From Wolbachia endosymbiont of Drosophila innubila (lineage in GTDB: Bacteria; Pseudomonadota; Alphaproteobacteria; Rickettsiales; Anaplasmataceae), in NCBI RefSeq assembly GCF_021378375.1, contig NZ_CP076228.1, positions 870,001 to 902,000 of the forward strand: a stretch of 32,000 nt of DNA, given 5' to 3'. Position numbers and translations under genes: made by a program. Below the pieces are notes generated by a model. It saw only the letters and a program-made list of their open reading frames with translations. It was not told where the DNA came from and did not search any database. Positions 10,440 through 19,397 of this stretch are shown piece after piece. The first letter of the stretch is position 1; the number at the start of each line of letters is the position of its first letter.

Positions 10440-11089
10440 ATGCGTAATAATTTTAGTATAAAATTGTCATACATAAGAAATCTATTTGCAAAAGAATATA
10501 AAAAAAAATAGAAGAATATTGTATTCTTGAAAAAAAGCAACATATTCAAATTGGCCCTGAAGAAGGAAAGCTATTAAGTTTATTTATAAAAATCCAAAAA
10601 ATCAAAAGTATTGTTGAGATTGGCACGTTATACGGTTACTCGTCGATTTGCATGGCAAAAGCTCTACTAAAAGACGGTCATATATATACAATAGAAAATA
10701 ATCCTCAACACTCAAGAATAGCAAAAAAAAATTTTAGTGCTTTTAATCTAAGTGATAAAATTACTCTAATAGAAGGCGATGCACTGGAAAAAATTAATGA
10801 ATTATCAGCAAAAGCACCATTTGACATGATATTTATTGATGCTGACAAAAGTAGTTATCCTAAGTATTTAGATTGGGCAGAGTCATACATTAAACAAGAT
10901 GGGCTAATCGTTGCAGATAACACTCTACTGTTTAACACAGTATTTTTAGAATCGCCTCCAAAAGAAGTATCAGAAAAATCATGGCATGCCATGAGGGAGT
11001 TTAATAATAGATTATCAGATGAAAAAAAATATTTCTCTATATTGATTCCAACTGATGAAGGAATGACTGTAGCTTTAAAGCTAACATAA
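10440..11089 (+). pseudogene. O-methyltransferase (caffeoyl-CoA/family 3-like), split by a frame change at an A9 tract
   Basis: Frame from ATG 10440 (MRNNFSIKLSYIRNLFAKEYKKK*) stops right after the run 10500..10508; the next frame (IEEYCILEKKQHIQIGPEEGKLLSLFIKIQKIKSIVEIGTLYGYSSICMAKALLKDGHIYTIENN...) carries motif I and continues into track ORF 10652..11089. Could be a pseudogene or rescued by slippage. Confidence 0.75.
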
Positions 11090-11090
11090 G

Positions 11091-11744
11091 TTAAAAATCA
11101 AGGTCAGCATAATGTTTAGGAGGGATTAAACCAGAAATCCTCTCTAATAATATCTCACGAAAACAAGGCTTTGATTTAACAATGGAGTACCATTCTTTTA
11201 AAATTTTACTTTTTTCCCATGGAAAACTACTTACATAATCCATTACGGAAATATGCGATGCTAAAGTAATATCAGCTAAAGTGAACTTATCAGTTGCAAG
11301 CCAAACGTTCTTGTTAATTAAGTGTTCGGTGTATTCCATATGGCAAGGCAGGTTATGCTGAGCTGCATGAAGAAATCTAGAGTCAGGGCTGCGGTTAGTA
11401 ATTACTTTTTCATTCATAATATACTTAGTAACTTCATTGTAAAATTTGTTATCGAACCAATTGATTAGAGCGCGTATTTTAGACTTAATAATAGTGGATG
11501 AACCAAGTAATTTGACGTCGCTATTGTAAGTCTCTTCTATATATTCACAAATGGCATTACTATCCGCTATTACAAAGTTATTATCTATTAACACTGGTAC
11601 TTGCCCGGTTGGATTGATCTCCATAAATTCATTCCGCTTTTCCCACGGATTTTCATACACTAGATCACAGCCTAATTTTTTTTCTTTTAGAAAAGCTCTA
11701 ACTTTTCGTGAAAATGGACAAAGAGGAAAATGATATAAAATTAT
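11091..11744 (-). CDS. Glutathione S-transferase family protein, non-canonical/absent start codon
   Basis: Track ORF (to 11660) begins mid-domain. In-frame upstream sequence gives ILYHFPLCPFSRKVRAFLKEKKLGCDLVYENPWEKRNEFMEINPTGQVPVL, the expected GST N-terminus, but the codon at the expected Met is ATA (11744..11742). Confidence 0.7.
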   Translation of the reverse strand: MILYHFPLCPFSRKVRAFLKEKKLGCDLVYENPWEKRNEFMEINPTGQVPVLIDNNFVIADSNAICEYIEETYNSDVKLLGSSTIIKSKIRALINWFDNKFYNEVTKYIMNEKVITNRSPDSRFLHAAQHNLPCHMEYTEHLINKNVWLATDKFTLADITLASHISVMDYVSSFPWEKSKILKEWYSIVKSKPCFREILLERISGLIPPKHYADLDF

Positions 11745-11852
11745 AATGTTCCTCTTTTGTTATACCAATATCCTTTTTTTGTTACTCTATGGCTTGACCT
11801 ACAACTGTACGAACTTTCTTTGTAGTCCACAGAAGTTTGCGTAGCAGGTAGT

Positions 11853-11959
11853 GTCATGCAAGTAGCTGACACTGGAATCCAGTTCTTGTTATACAATTGC
11901 CTAGTGCGCTCATTTACAGTTAAGTTTTCTGGATCCAAGTAGTCAAGCACTGGGATGAC
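11853..11959. repeat. Composite inverted-repeat element, short-core copy
   Basis: Arms gtcatgcaagtagctgacactggaatccag (11853..11882) and ctggatccaagtagtcaagcactgggatgac (11929..11959), 46-bp core. Confidence 0.8.
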
Positions 11960-12315
11960 ATCCTTTTCGGTAAAAATTGCTCTTATATCACAACATTCAT
12001 ACAGCTGTATGCCTAGGCACTGGGATGACATAAATAAGCGCTGAAATGACATAAATAAACATTGGAGTGACAATCTTGTAGTGACTTGCATGACAACTAA
12101 CTTTTTGTTTACTTCAAAATAGCACTGTAAAAAATTTAACATATCAAATTATAGAGCTAATATAGGATATACCTTGCTAAATAAAAAAAAAAGTATAATA
12201 TTTTATAAGGTATGCAGGCAAAAACTCTGTAATTTGGTCAGATCAGAAATGAAGCAGCCATATCAGAACCTTTTTGGGTTGCATACCTATTTCATTATTT
12301 GTTTTATCCGAGGCT

Positions 12316-13917
12316 ATGAATATAGCATTAAAACATCGTCCTAGTAGCTTCAAAGATCTAGTAGGTCAAGATATATTAGTGCGTGTATTAGAAAATGCTT
12401 TTATTTTAAACAAAATCCCACAATCTATACTGCTCTCTGGTAGTAGTGGAGTTGGTAAAACCACCACTGCAAGGATAATAGCTTTATGTTTGAATTGTTC
12501 CCTGGGGCCAATTTTTGAACCTTGCGGATCATGTGAAAATTGTCTAGCAATAAAAAATTCAAGCCATCCAGATGTAATTGAAATCGATGCAGCAAGTCAC
12601 ACTAGCATTGACGATATTAAAGTAATCCTGGGAGATATTTGCTATTCACCTATAAGCTCTAAATTCAAAGTCTACATTATAGATGAAGTACACATGCTAT
12701 CTAGCAGTGCATTTAACGCATTACTTAAAACCCTAGAAGAGCCACCATCTAGTGTAAAGTTCATTTTAGCAACTACGGAAATAAAAAAGATACCAATAAC
12801 TATTATTGCACGTTGTCAAAGATTTGATTTACACAACATTCCTGTAGCTAAAATAGTGGAACGTTTAAATGATGTTGCACAAAAAGAGAGTTATTCCATT
12901 GAAAAGGGAGCATTAGAATTAATTGCACGACACTCTGGAAATTCAATGCGTAACGCCTTGTTTTTGATGAATCAAGCAGTGCTATATAGCAAAGATGGTG
13001 CAATATCCACTAAAAATGTGACAGACATACTTGGCCTAGTGGATAAAGATATTATATTCGATCTATTAGGGGCAATATTAGAAGGTGATTTACAGAAAGC
13101 TCTATCAGTGTTTGACAAGGCGGTAAAAACAGCAAACCCACTTAGTATTTTTGAAGGTCTATTGCAAACAATTCAGTTAGTATGCCGTTTTTTGATTACA
13201 AAAGAGATTGATAATGCAGTTACAGAGCATGAAAAGAATAGGATAAAAGATTTAAGTATAAAGAGATCTTTAATATTTTTTTCGAGATTGTGGAAGATGT
13301 TGCTTAAAGGTATTCAAGATATAAAAACTTCAACATGCAACGATGTTGCTGCTGAAATGATGTTAATTAGCCTCTGTTATCTTTCTGATCTGCCTTCTCC
13401 GGAACAGGTGATCAAAAAAGTTCTTTCGCAGAATGTAGAGCAAGGAAATAGACAGGGCAGACCTGTTGCACCTTCCCCCTCTGTCATCCAAGTAGCTGAC
13501 TACTCGGATCCAAAAAAATATGTGGAAAGTAAACAACAACCCCACTCTGTCATCCCAGTGCGTGACACTGGGATCCATGTGGAAAATAAACAACAAAATT
13601 ACGATTTTGATAAGATTTTGCAACTATTAAGGCGAAGTAACCAAATTTATCTTTACAAACAACTGTGTAATAATCTACAATTAATAGATTGTAAACCTGG
13701 ATATTTAAAATTAAAAGCTGTATCTAAGTTGGATAGTAATTTTTGCAATGATTTAAAAAATTACTTAAACCAGGTGACTCAGCAAGAGTGGGTTGTTGCA
13801 GTTGATACAGGTTATATAAACAGGGAAGTGAGTAATTTAAATTATGCACCTGCAGTTAAGGATATCCTTGACACGTTTAAAGGTGCAAAAGTAGTTAATA
13901 TAGAAAATAAGGAGTAA
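12316..13917 (+). CDS. dnaX: DNA polymerase III subunit gamma/tau
   Basis: MNIALKHRPSSFKDLVGQDILVRVLENAF, LSGSSGVGKTTTARIIALCLNC, IIDEVHMLSSSAFNALLKTLEEPP; ATG at 12316 preferred over track start 12274. Confidence 0.95.
   Translation: MNIALKHRPSSFKDLVGQDILVRVLENAFILNKIPQSILLSGSSGVGKTTTARIIALCLNCSLGPIFEPCGSCENCLAIKNSSHPDVIEIDAASHTSIDDIKVILGDICYSPISSKFKVYIIDEVHMLSSSAFNALLKTLEEPPSSVKFILATTEIKKIPITIIARCQRFDLHNIPVAKIVERLNDVAQKESYSIEKGALELIARHSGNSMRNALFLMNQAVLYSKDGAISTKNVTDILGLVDKDIIFDLLGAILEGDLQKALSVFDKAVKTANPLSIFEGLLQTIQLVCRFLITKEIDNAVTEHEKNRIKDLSIKRSLIFFSRLWKMLLKGIQDIKTSTCNDVAAEMMLISLCYLSDLPSPEQVIKKVLSQNVEQGNRQGRPVAPSPSVIQVADYSDPKKYVESKQQPHSVIPVRDTGIHVENKQQNYDFDKILQLLRRSNQIYLYKQLCNNLQLIDCKPGYLKLKAVSKLDSNFCNDLKNYLNQVTQQEWVVAVDTGYINREVSNLNYAPAVKDILDTFKGAKVVNIENKE
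13479..13596 (+). repeat. Palindromic-element-derived tandem insert inside dnaX
   Basis: Two related units: ctctgtcatccaagtagctgactactcggatccaaaaaaatatgtggaaagtaaacaacaa (13479..13539) and ctctgtcatcccagtgcgtgacactgggatccatgtggaaaataaacaacaa (13545..13596), in frame. Confidence 0.85.
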
Positions 13918-13920
13918 GTT

Positions 13921-14253
13921 GTGGATTTTAGTCAAATAATGAAACAAGCGCAAGAGATGCAAAAAAAGCTTGCAGAAGCTCAAGAAAAATATGTTGGAAA
14001 AGAGTTTCAAGGTATTTCTGGTGGTGGCAAAGTTTCTGTATTAGTGGAAGTCATAAAAATAGGTAGCTATAAAGCTAAAAAGGTGAACATAGACTTAGAA
14101 CTTATGAGAAATGAGGAAAAAGATATAGTAGAGGATTTAGTAACAGCAGCGTTTAATGATGCCGTTAAAAAAGCAGAAGAAGATATGGCGAATGCAACTT
14201 CTGATCTTGCAGGTATGATGGGTTTACCATCTGGGTTTAAACTTCCTTTTTGA
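13921..14253 (+). CDS. YbaB/EbfC family nucleoid-associated protein
   Basis: 110 aa, GTG start; MKQAQEMQKKLAEAQEKYVGKEFQGISGGGKVSVLVEV...GMMGLPSGFKLPF; downstream of dnaX as in many bacteria. Confidence 0.92.
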   Translation: MDFSQIMKQAQEMQKKLAEAQEKYVGKEFQGISGGGKVSVLVEVIKIGSYKAKKVNIDLELMRNEEKDIVEDLVTAAFNDAVKKAEEDMANATSDLAGMMGLPSGFKLPF

Positions 14254-14370
14254 ATTTACTACTGAAGTTTCTTTTAGTGTAAGTATTTTTTTTCTAATAT
14301 TCCCAACGCTAGTACTTCTTCATATAATGTACCTATACTAGCATAGCCCTACGTCATACCGTGATTCATT

Positions 14371-14608
14371 CCACAACTGTACAAACATTGCAATATGGCA
14401 CATAGTAAACGATGTCATTCCAGTCTGGAATCCAGCCTTGCCGTAATCTCATCAAGAACATTGTGTTTTAACATAAAACGGCTACTTTTATGCTTACCAA
14501 CTTAATAAAATTCCTGGATCCCAGACTGGGATGACAAGAAGATGGTACTTGGATAAGAGGCATTGCCCTCCTGGTAGGCCCAAATTGCAATGTTCGTACA
14601 GTTGTGGA
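14371..14608. repeat. Nested inverted repeat: 25-bp outer arms enclosing a 22-bp-arm composite element
   Basis: Outer arms tccacaactgtacaaacattgcaat (14371..14395) / attgcaatgttcgtacagttgtgga (14584..14608), 1 mismatch. Inner arms gtcattccagtctggaatccag (14415..14436) / ctggatcccagactgggatgac (14515..14536), 2 mismatches. Confidence 0.9.
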
Positions 14609-14842
14609 TTTCTCATCCGCTAACAAGCAGCGGAATGACGAGGTCTTTCGATAGTAAATCTTACCTGTGTTAGCTATACCAAAAAATCAAAAGTCGTATT
14701 TATTCATTAATAAAATCTTTGTCTTTTCCTAAAAATTAGTTAAAATGTAGAATATTTTGTGTTATTAAGTTAGCACTTGACTTAACTTTAGTTGTTACTT
14801 AGACTGCTAAAGTGGAATTTTAATTTTTTTACGAGGACAATT

Positions 14843-15556
14843 ATGCATTATAAAAAGTTTTTTTCAGCAGCCGCTTTAGCAACGTTGCTAAGTTTATCAA
14901 ATTCTGCTTTTTCAGATCCTGTTGGTCCAATAAGTGATGAAGAAACTAGCTACTACGTTCGTTTGCAATACAACGGTGAATTTTTACCTCTTTTCACAAA
15001 AGTTGATGGTATTACCTATAAGAAAGACAAGAGTGATTACAGTCCATTAAAACCATCTTTTATAGCTGGTGGTGGTGCATTTGGTTACAAAATGGACGAC
15101 ATCAGGGTTGATGTTGAAGGAGTTTATTCATACCTAAACAAAAATGATGTTAAAGATGTAACATTTGACCCAGCAAATATTATTGCAGACAGTGTAACAG
15201 CAATTTCAGGATTAGTGAACGTGTATTACGATATAGCAATTGAAGATATGCCTATCACTCCATACATTGGTGTTGGTGTTGGTGCAGCGTATATTAGCAC
15301 TCCTTTGGAACTCGCTGTGAATGATCAAAAAAGTAAATTTGGTTTTGCTGGTCAAGTAAAAGCTGGTGTTAGTTATGATGTAACTCCAGAAGTCAAACTT
15401 TATGCTGGAGCTCGTTATTTCGGTTCTTATGGTGCTAATTTTGATGGAAGAAAAACAGATCCTAGAGATGCAACCAAACAGGTTATTGATGCAGGCGCAT
15501 ACAAAGTTCTTTACAGCACTGTTGGTGCAGAAGCTGGAGTAGCGTTTAATTTCTAG
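14843..15556 (+). CDS. wsp: Wolbachia surface protein (major outer membrane protein)
   Basis: MHYKKFFSAAALATLLSLSNSAFSDPVGPISDEETSYYVRLQYNGEF...AYKVLYSTVGAEAGVAFNF; track start 14792 is an over-extension. Confidence 0.99.
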   Translation: MHYKKFFSAAALATLLSLSNSAFSDPVGPISDEETSYYVRLQYNGEFLPLFTKVDGITYKKDKSDYSPLKPSFIAGGGAFGYKMDDIRVDVEGVYSYLNKNDVKDVTFDPANIIADSVTAISGLVNVYYDIAIEDMPITPYIGVGVGAAYISTPLELAVNDQKSKFGFAGQVKAGVSYDVTPEVKLYAGARYFGSYGANFDGRKTDPRDATKQVIDAGAYKVLYSTVGAEAGVAFNF

Positions 15557-15874
15557 TCTATCTCAGTCTTGTTATCCCAGTGAGTTTTTTCTTGCCATCT
15601 AAGTGGCATGACACTGGGATCTAGAAAAAAGAAATGTGGATTCCAGTGTCAAGGCACTGGAATAACACTATTTGCTATGTGTTTAAGCTATAACGTTTAC
15701 CATTGTACTGGTAGAATATCATCTAAGGTTACATAATGTTATCCAATTAGCTAACACTGCGGCCTACTGTCTCCAAGAAATTAGATGGAAAATTTGTACT
15801 TTTTTCAAATCAAAGCTTGAATTTTTGCTGGAAAATCAATATATTATATGCATGAAGTTTTGATTTAAGTTGTT

Positions 15875-16768
15875 ATGTTGACCTCAATGGCAAACTTATG
15901 TGTCGATAGCAGAACCAATCTCATGCAATATATTGCTAAGGTGCAAAAATTTCCTATGCTGTCTCAAGAGGAAGAGGTACGATTAGCAAAAAATTGGAAC
16001 CAATATAAGGATGTTTCTTCTGCTCATAAATTGATTACCAGCCATTTGAATTTGGTAGTGAAAATTGCAATGAAATTCAAAAATTATGGGCTATTGTTGA
16101 TGGACCTGGTTATGGAAGGAAATATGGGTTTAATGCACGCAGTGAAAAAGTTTAATCCTGATTTAGGGTTTCGTTTTTCAACTTATGCAGTGTGGTGGAT
16201 TGAAGCTTCAATAAAAGACTTTATATTGAAATCTTGGTCGTTTGTGAAAATAGGCACAACGCAAGCACAAAGAAGATTGTTTTTTAGTTTACGTAAAATA
16301 AAAAAAAGAATTTTACAGTATACAAACAGGGAAACTTTAAATAATGAAGAAATAAAAGCAATATCTAATGAGCTTTCTGTATCCGAAGGAGACGTTCTGC
16401 AGATGAATTACCGTATGGCTTGTAAGGATCAGTCGCTAAACGATTGCATAAAAATAGGTGATGACTCTAAAAGGGAGTTGCAAGATATGATCCCATGTAA
16501 CTTGGTCAGTCAAGAAGTAACCTATCAGAATCATGAAGAAAAAGAATTAAAAGAAACAATTTTAAACAATGCACTAGCGAGTCTCAACGAAAGGGCAAGA
16601 GACATTTTTATCAGTAGATATTTGTCTGAAAATATTCAAACTCTGGATGAACTTAGTAAAAAATATTGTGTTTCAAGAGAAAGAATAAGGCAGTTGGCTG
16701 AGCAGGCGATGGCTAAGGTAAAACAATATATACAATCTGAAAGTTTGAAATTTGGTTTGCATGCGTAG
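15875..16768 (+). CDS. rpoH: RNA polymerase sigma-32 factor
   Basis: 297 aa; LSQEEEVRLAKNWNQYKDVSSAHKLITSHLNLVVKIAMKFKNYGLLLMDLVMEGNMGLMHAVKKFNPDLGFRFSTYAVWWIEASIKDFIL. Confidence 0.94.
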   Translation: MLTSMANLCVDSRTNLMQYIAKVQKFPMLSQEEEVRLAKNWNQYKDVSSAHKLITSHLNLVVKIAMKFKNYGLLLMDLVMEGNMGLMHAVKKFNPDLGFRFSTYAVWWIEASIKDFILKSWSFVKIGTTQAQRRLFFSLRKIKKRILQYTNRETLNNEEIKAISNELSVSEGDVLQMNYRMACKDQSLNDCIKIGDDSKRELQDMIPCNLVSQEVTYQNHEEKELKETILNNALASLNERARDIFISRYLSENIQTLDELSKKYCVSRERIRQLAEQAMAKVKQYIQSESLKFGLHA

Positions 16769-17258
16769 TTTTTTTATATTTCTAATATTTTTTTCGATAG
16801 GCGCTTTTGCATCGGTTAGTGATGTACAATTGAAGGAAAAATATAAAGATTGGCTCGTGTATACTGCATTGGAAGATGGAGAGAAAGTATGTTATATTGT
16901 ATCCTATCCTAAAAAAAAAAGCGAATATTATACAACCAATCGCAAGCCGTATGTAATGGTTAGTTATGTTGATAAAAAAGCAGATGAGGTAAGCGTTACC
17001 TCTGGTTTTCAGTATGATAAGGAGCCTGTAGCTCTCAATATCGACAAAAAAATTAAATATACACTGCCCATAATACAGGGAAGTTTTGCGTGGGCAGAGC
17101 ATACAAAAATAGATCAAGATCTCATTCTAAAAATGAAGCAGGGATTATCAATGGTAGTTAATGGAAAAACAAAAACAGTGACCATTGATGATACTTATTC
17201 CCTACTTGGTTTTCAAAAAGCGTATCAAAAAATGCATGATTTATGCCATACAAAGTAA
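16761..17258 (+). CDS. Secreted protein resembling invasion-associated locus B (IalB)
   Basis: MRSFFIFLIFFSIGAFASVSDVQLKEKYKDWLVYTALEDGEKVCYIVSYPKK; signal peptide; IalB-like layout; ATG overlaps rpoH end. Confidence 0.65.
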   Translation: MRSFFIFLIFFSIGAFASVSDVQLKEKYKDWLVYTALEDGEKVCYIVSYPKKKSEYYTTNRKPYVMVSYVDKKADEVSVTSGFQYDKEPVALNIDKKIKYTLPIIQGSFAWAEHTKIDQDLILKMKQGLSMVVNGKTKTVTIDDTYSLLGFQKAYQKMHDLCHTK

Positions 17259-17381
17259 ATTATTGTAACAGAATACCCAGCTATAGTATAAACTAGACTA
17301 CTCTTTCAATGGAAATATAAATAGCACTTTACTTTATATGGGATGTGGATATCATTTAAAATATATTTTTGAGAGTTAGCA

Positions 17382-18539
17382 ATGTCAGAGGTTGCAGGTG
17401 TAGATACAGAAATCAAAAAGCAAAATTCTGTGTGCGAGCAGATGCGTTTTAGCGTGAGCCGCACAAGTCTTTTAAATACATTATCCAGAGTAAGTAGAGT
17501 GGTTGAAAGGCGTAATGCAATAGATGTTTTGGCGTGTATAAATATCAAAGCACAACACGGCAGCATAAAATTAATGGCAACTGATCTTGACATTTCAATG
17601 TTTGCCTCACTTGCTGCAACCGTATTAACAGAAGGAGAAGTAAAAATTTCAGCGCATACTTTACATGACATAGTGAAGAAGTTACCCGCTGATTTGGATG
17701 TCAATTTTGAAGTAAACAACCAAGGAAAATTATTGATGTCTTGCGGAAATGCAAACTTTTCTTTACCGAATGTAGTTTCAAGCAGCTTTCCTGCTCTTGA
17801 AGAAGACAATTATAAACATGATTTTACTCTACTAAATACAGACCTGATAGACTTATTAACTAAAACAAAATTTGCTGTATCACTAGATGATACAAGGTAT
17901 AATTTAAATGGAATATATCTACATACAGATGAGCAATTTCTGTACTGCGTTGCAACTGATGGCCATCGTTTATCATGTATAAAGAGGCCAAAGCCTGGGA
18001 ACATCAATGGCGAATTTGGTGTGATCATTCCACGTAAAACTGTTATGGAGCTGTTAAAAATATTGGACGATTGTAATGAAATTAAAGTAAAACTCTCAGA
18101 CAGAAAAATCAAGTTTACATGCGGTGAATATATTCTAATATCAAAATTAATAGATGGAACTTTTCCAAATTATAAAGCAGTTATTCCAGCATCTCAAGAT
18201 AAGCATATGATTATTGAAAGTAAAAAACTTTCAGACGTTATAGATCGAGTTTCCGTTGTTGTATCTGATAAAGTAAAATCTATTAAATTCTCACTACAAG
18301 AAAAGCTGCTAACTCTGCATTCAAACTCCCAAGAGTGCAGTGATGCAACTGAATCCATAGAAGTGGACTACAATGAAGCCCCTATAGAAATAGGGTTCAA
18401 CTCGCGTTATTTACTTGATGTTCTATCCTGCATAAAAAATAAATGTAAGTTTAGCTTAGCCGATGGTAATAGTGCTATAATTATCACTGATGAAGACGAT
18501 TCAAGTGCATTATATGTAGTAATGCCAATGAGAACTTAA
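17382..18539 (+). CDS. dnaN: DNA polymerase III subunit beta (sliding clamp)
   Basis: 385 aa; MRFSVSRTSLLNTLSRVSRVVERRNAIDVLACINIKA, VATDGHRLS, YVVMPMR C-terminus. Confidence 0.97.
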   Translation: MSEVAGVDTEIKKQNSVCEQMRFSVSRTSLLNTLSRVSRVVERRNAIDVLACINIKAQHGSIKLMATDLDISMFASLAATVLTEGEVKISAHTLHDIVKKLPADLDVNFEVNNQGKLLMSCGNANFSLPNVVSSSFPALEEDNYKHDFTLLNTDLIDLLTKTKFAVSLDDTRYNLNGIYLHTDEQFLYCVATDGHRLSCIKRPKPGNINGEFGVIIPRKTVMELLKILDDCNEIKVKLSDRKIKFTCGEYILISKLIDGTFPNYKAVIPASQDKHMIIESKKLSDVIDRVSVVVSDKVKSIKFSLQEKLLTLHSNSQECSDATESIEVDYNEAPIEIGFNSRYLLDVLSCIKNKCKFSLADGNSAIIITDEDDSSALYVVMPMRT

Positions 18540-18542
18540 ACT

Positions 18543-18594
18543 CGTCATCTCGCTGCTTGTTAGCGGAATCTGGAGATACCGTGGCGGTATGGCA
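18543..18594. repeat. Second palindromic family (cgtcat...gttagcgg...gataccg...cggtatg), copy between dnaN and truA
   Basis: cgtcatctcgctgcttgttagcggaatctggagataccgtggcggtatggca. Confidence 0.8.
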
Positions 18595-18618
18595 CTTATT
18601 TCACTAGCTTTTATTAAA

Positions 18619-19356
18619 TTAGTAATCTATCTTTACCAAATATAAGCCAAAAGGTGGTGCAGTAACTCCAGCGGCACTTCTTTTGCATTGGTTTAATATA
18701 TTTAGCATTTCTTGCGGATTGGTTCTATTTTTTCCAAATTCAACTAAAGTACCCACAATAATCCTCACTTGGTTATGTAAAAAGGAAATAGCAGATATTT
18801 TGATGTGTATATGATTCCCATTTTGTATTATATCGATATCATCAATTGTTCTTATCGGATTTGCGGCTTGACAATCTTTTGAACGGAAACTTGAAAGGTC
18901 ATGTTTTCCAAGTAGATGTTTAGCAGCTTCACGCATAATATTTACATCAAGTGGGCTAAACACTTGCCATACATAACCCGTCTCCAGAGCGGCAGGAGCA
19001 TAGCGATTAACTATTCTATATTCGTAATATCTTTTTTTTGCTGAAAACCGTGCGTGAAAAGCATCATCTACAACTTCTGCATTAAGCACGACTATAGGAA
19101 TTGATTTTAAATGATAGTTTATTGCATTCCTTATTCTATAAAGCTCAAATTCCTTTTCCATATCAAAATGAGCAACTTGTCCTAAAGCATGAACTCCTGC
19201 ATCAGTCCTGCCACCACAGTACAAAGTAACTTTCTCACCACTAAAATTAAATATAGCATTTTCTATCTTCTCCTGGATTGAGTTAGCAGAGTGTTGCTGT
19301 TTTTGCCAACCAGAGAAATTACTACCATTATATTCTACCGTTATTTTGTATCGCAC
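18619..19356 (-). CDS. truA: tRNA pseudouridine(38-40) synthase
   Basis: 245 aa; YNGSNFSGWQKQ, YCGGRTDAGVHALGQVAHFD, SFLHNQVRIIVGTLVEFG. Confidence 0.96.
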   Translation of the reverse strand: MRYKITVEYNGSNFSGWQKQQHSANSIQEKIENAIFNFSGEKVTLYCGGRTDAGVHALGQVAHFDMEKEFELYRIRNAINYHLKSIPIVVLNAEVVDDAFHARFSAKKRYYEYRIVNRYAPAALETGYVWQVFSPLDVNIMREAAKHLLGKHDLSSFRSKDCQAANPIRTIDDIDIIQNGNHIHIKISAISFLHNQVRIIVGTLVEFGKNRTNPQEMLNILNQCKRSAAGVTAPPFGLYLVKIDY

Positions 19357-19397
19357 TGCATTATATCAAGCTCTATCTAAAATAGTCATTTTCTATC

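Noticed and set aside
13363-13623. Minus-strand ORF 86 aa containing DPSVTHWDDRVG
   Set aside because: Derived from the reverse reading of the palindromic insert in dnaX, not an independent gene.
14371-14608. Possible CRISPR-like array among the repeated ~25-32 bp units
   Set aside because: Units are inverted and dispersed, without regular direct repeats, spacers or cas genes.
14792-14842. Upstream extension of wsp in the track ORF
   Set aside because: The classical WSP N-terminus MHYKKFFSAAALATLL starts at 14843 with a proper RBS (acgagga).
17306-18112. Minus-strand ORFs 17306..17809 and 17810..18112
   Set aside because: Antisense to dnaN; no domain signal.
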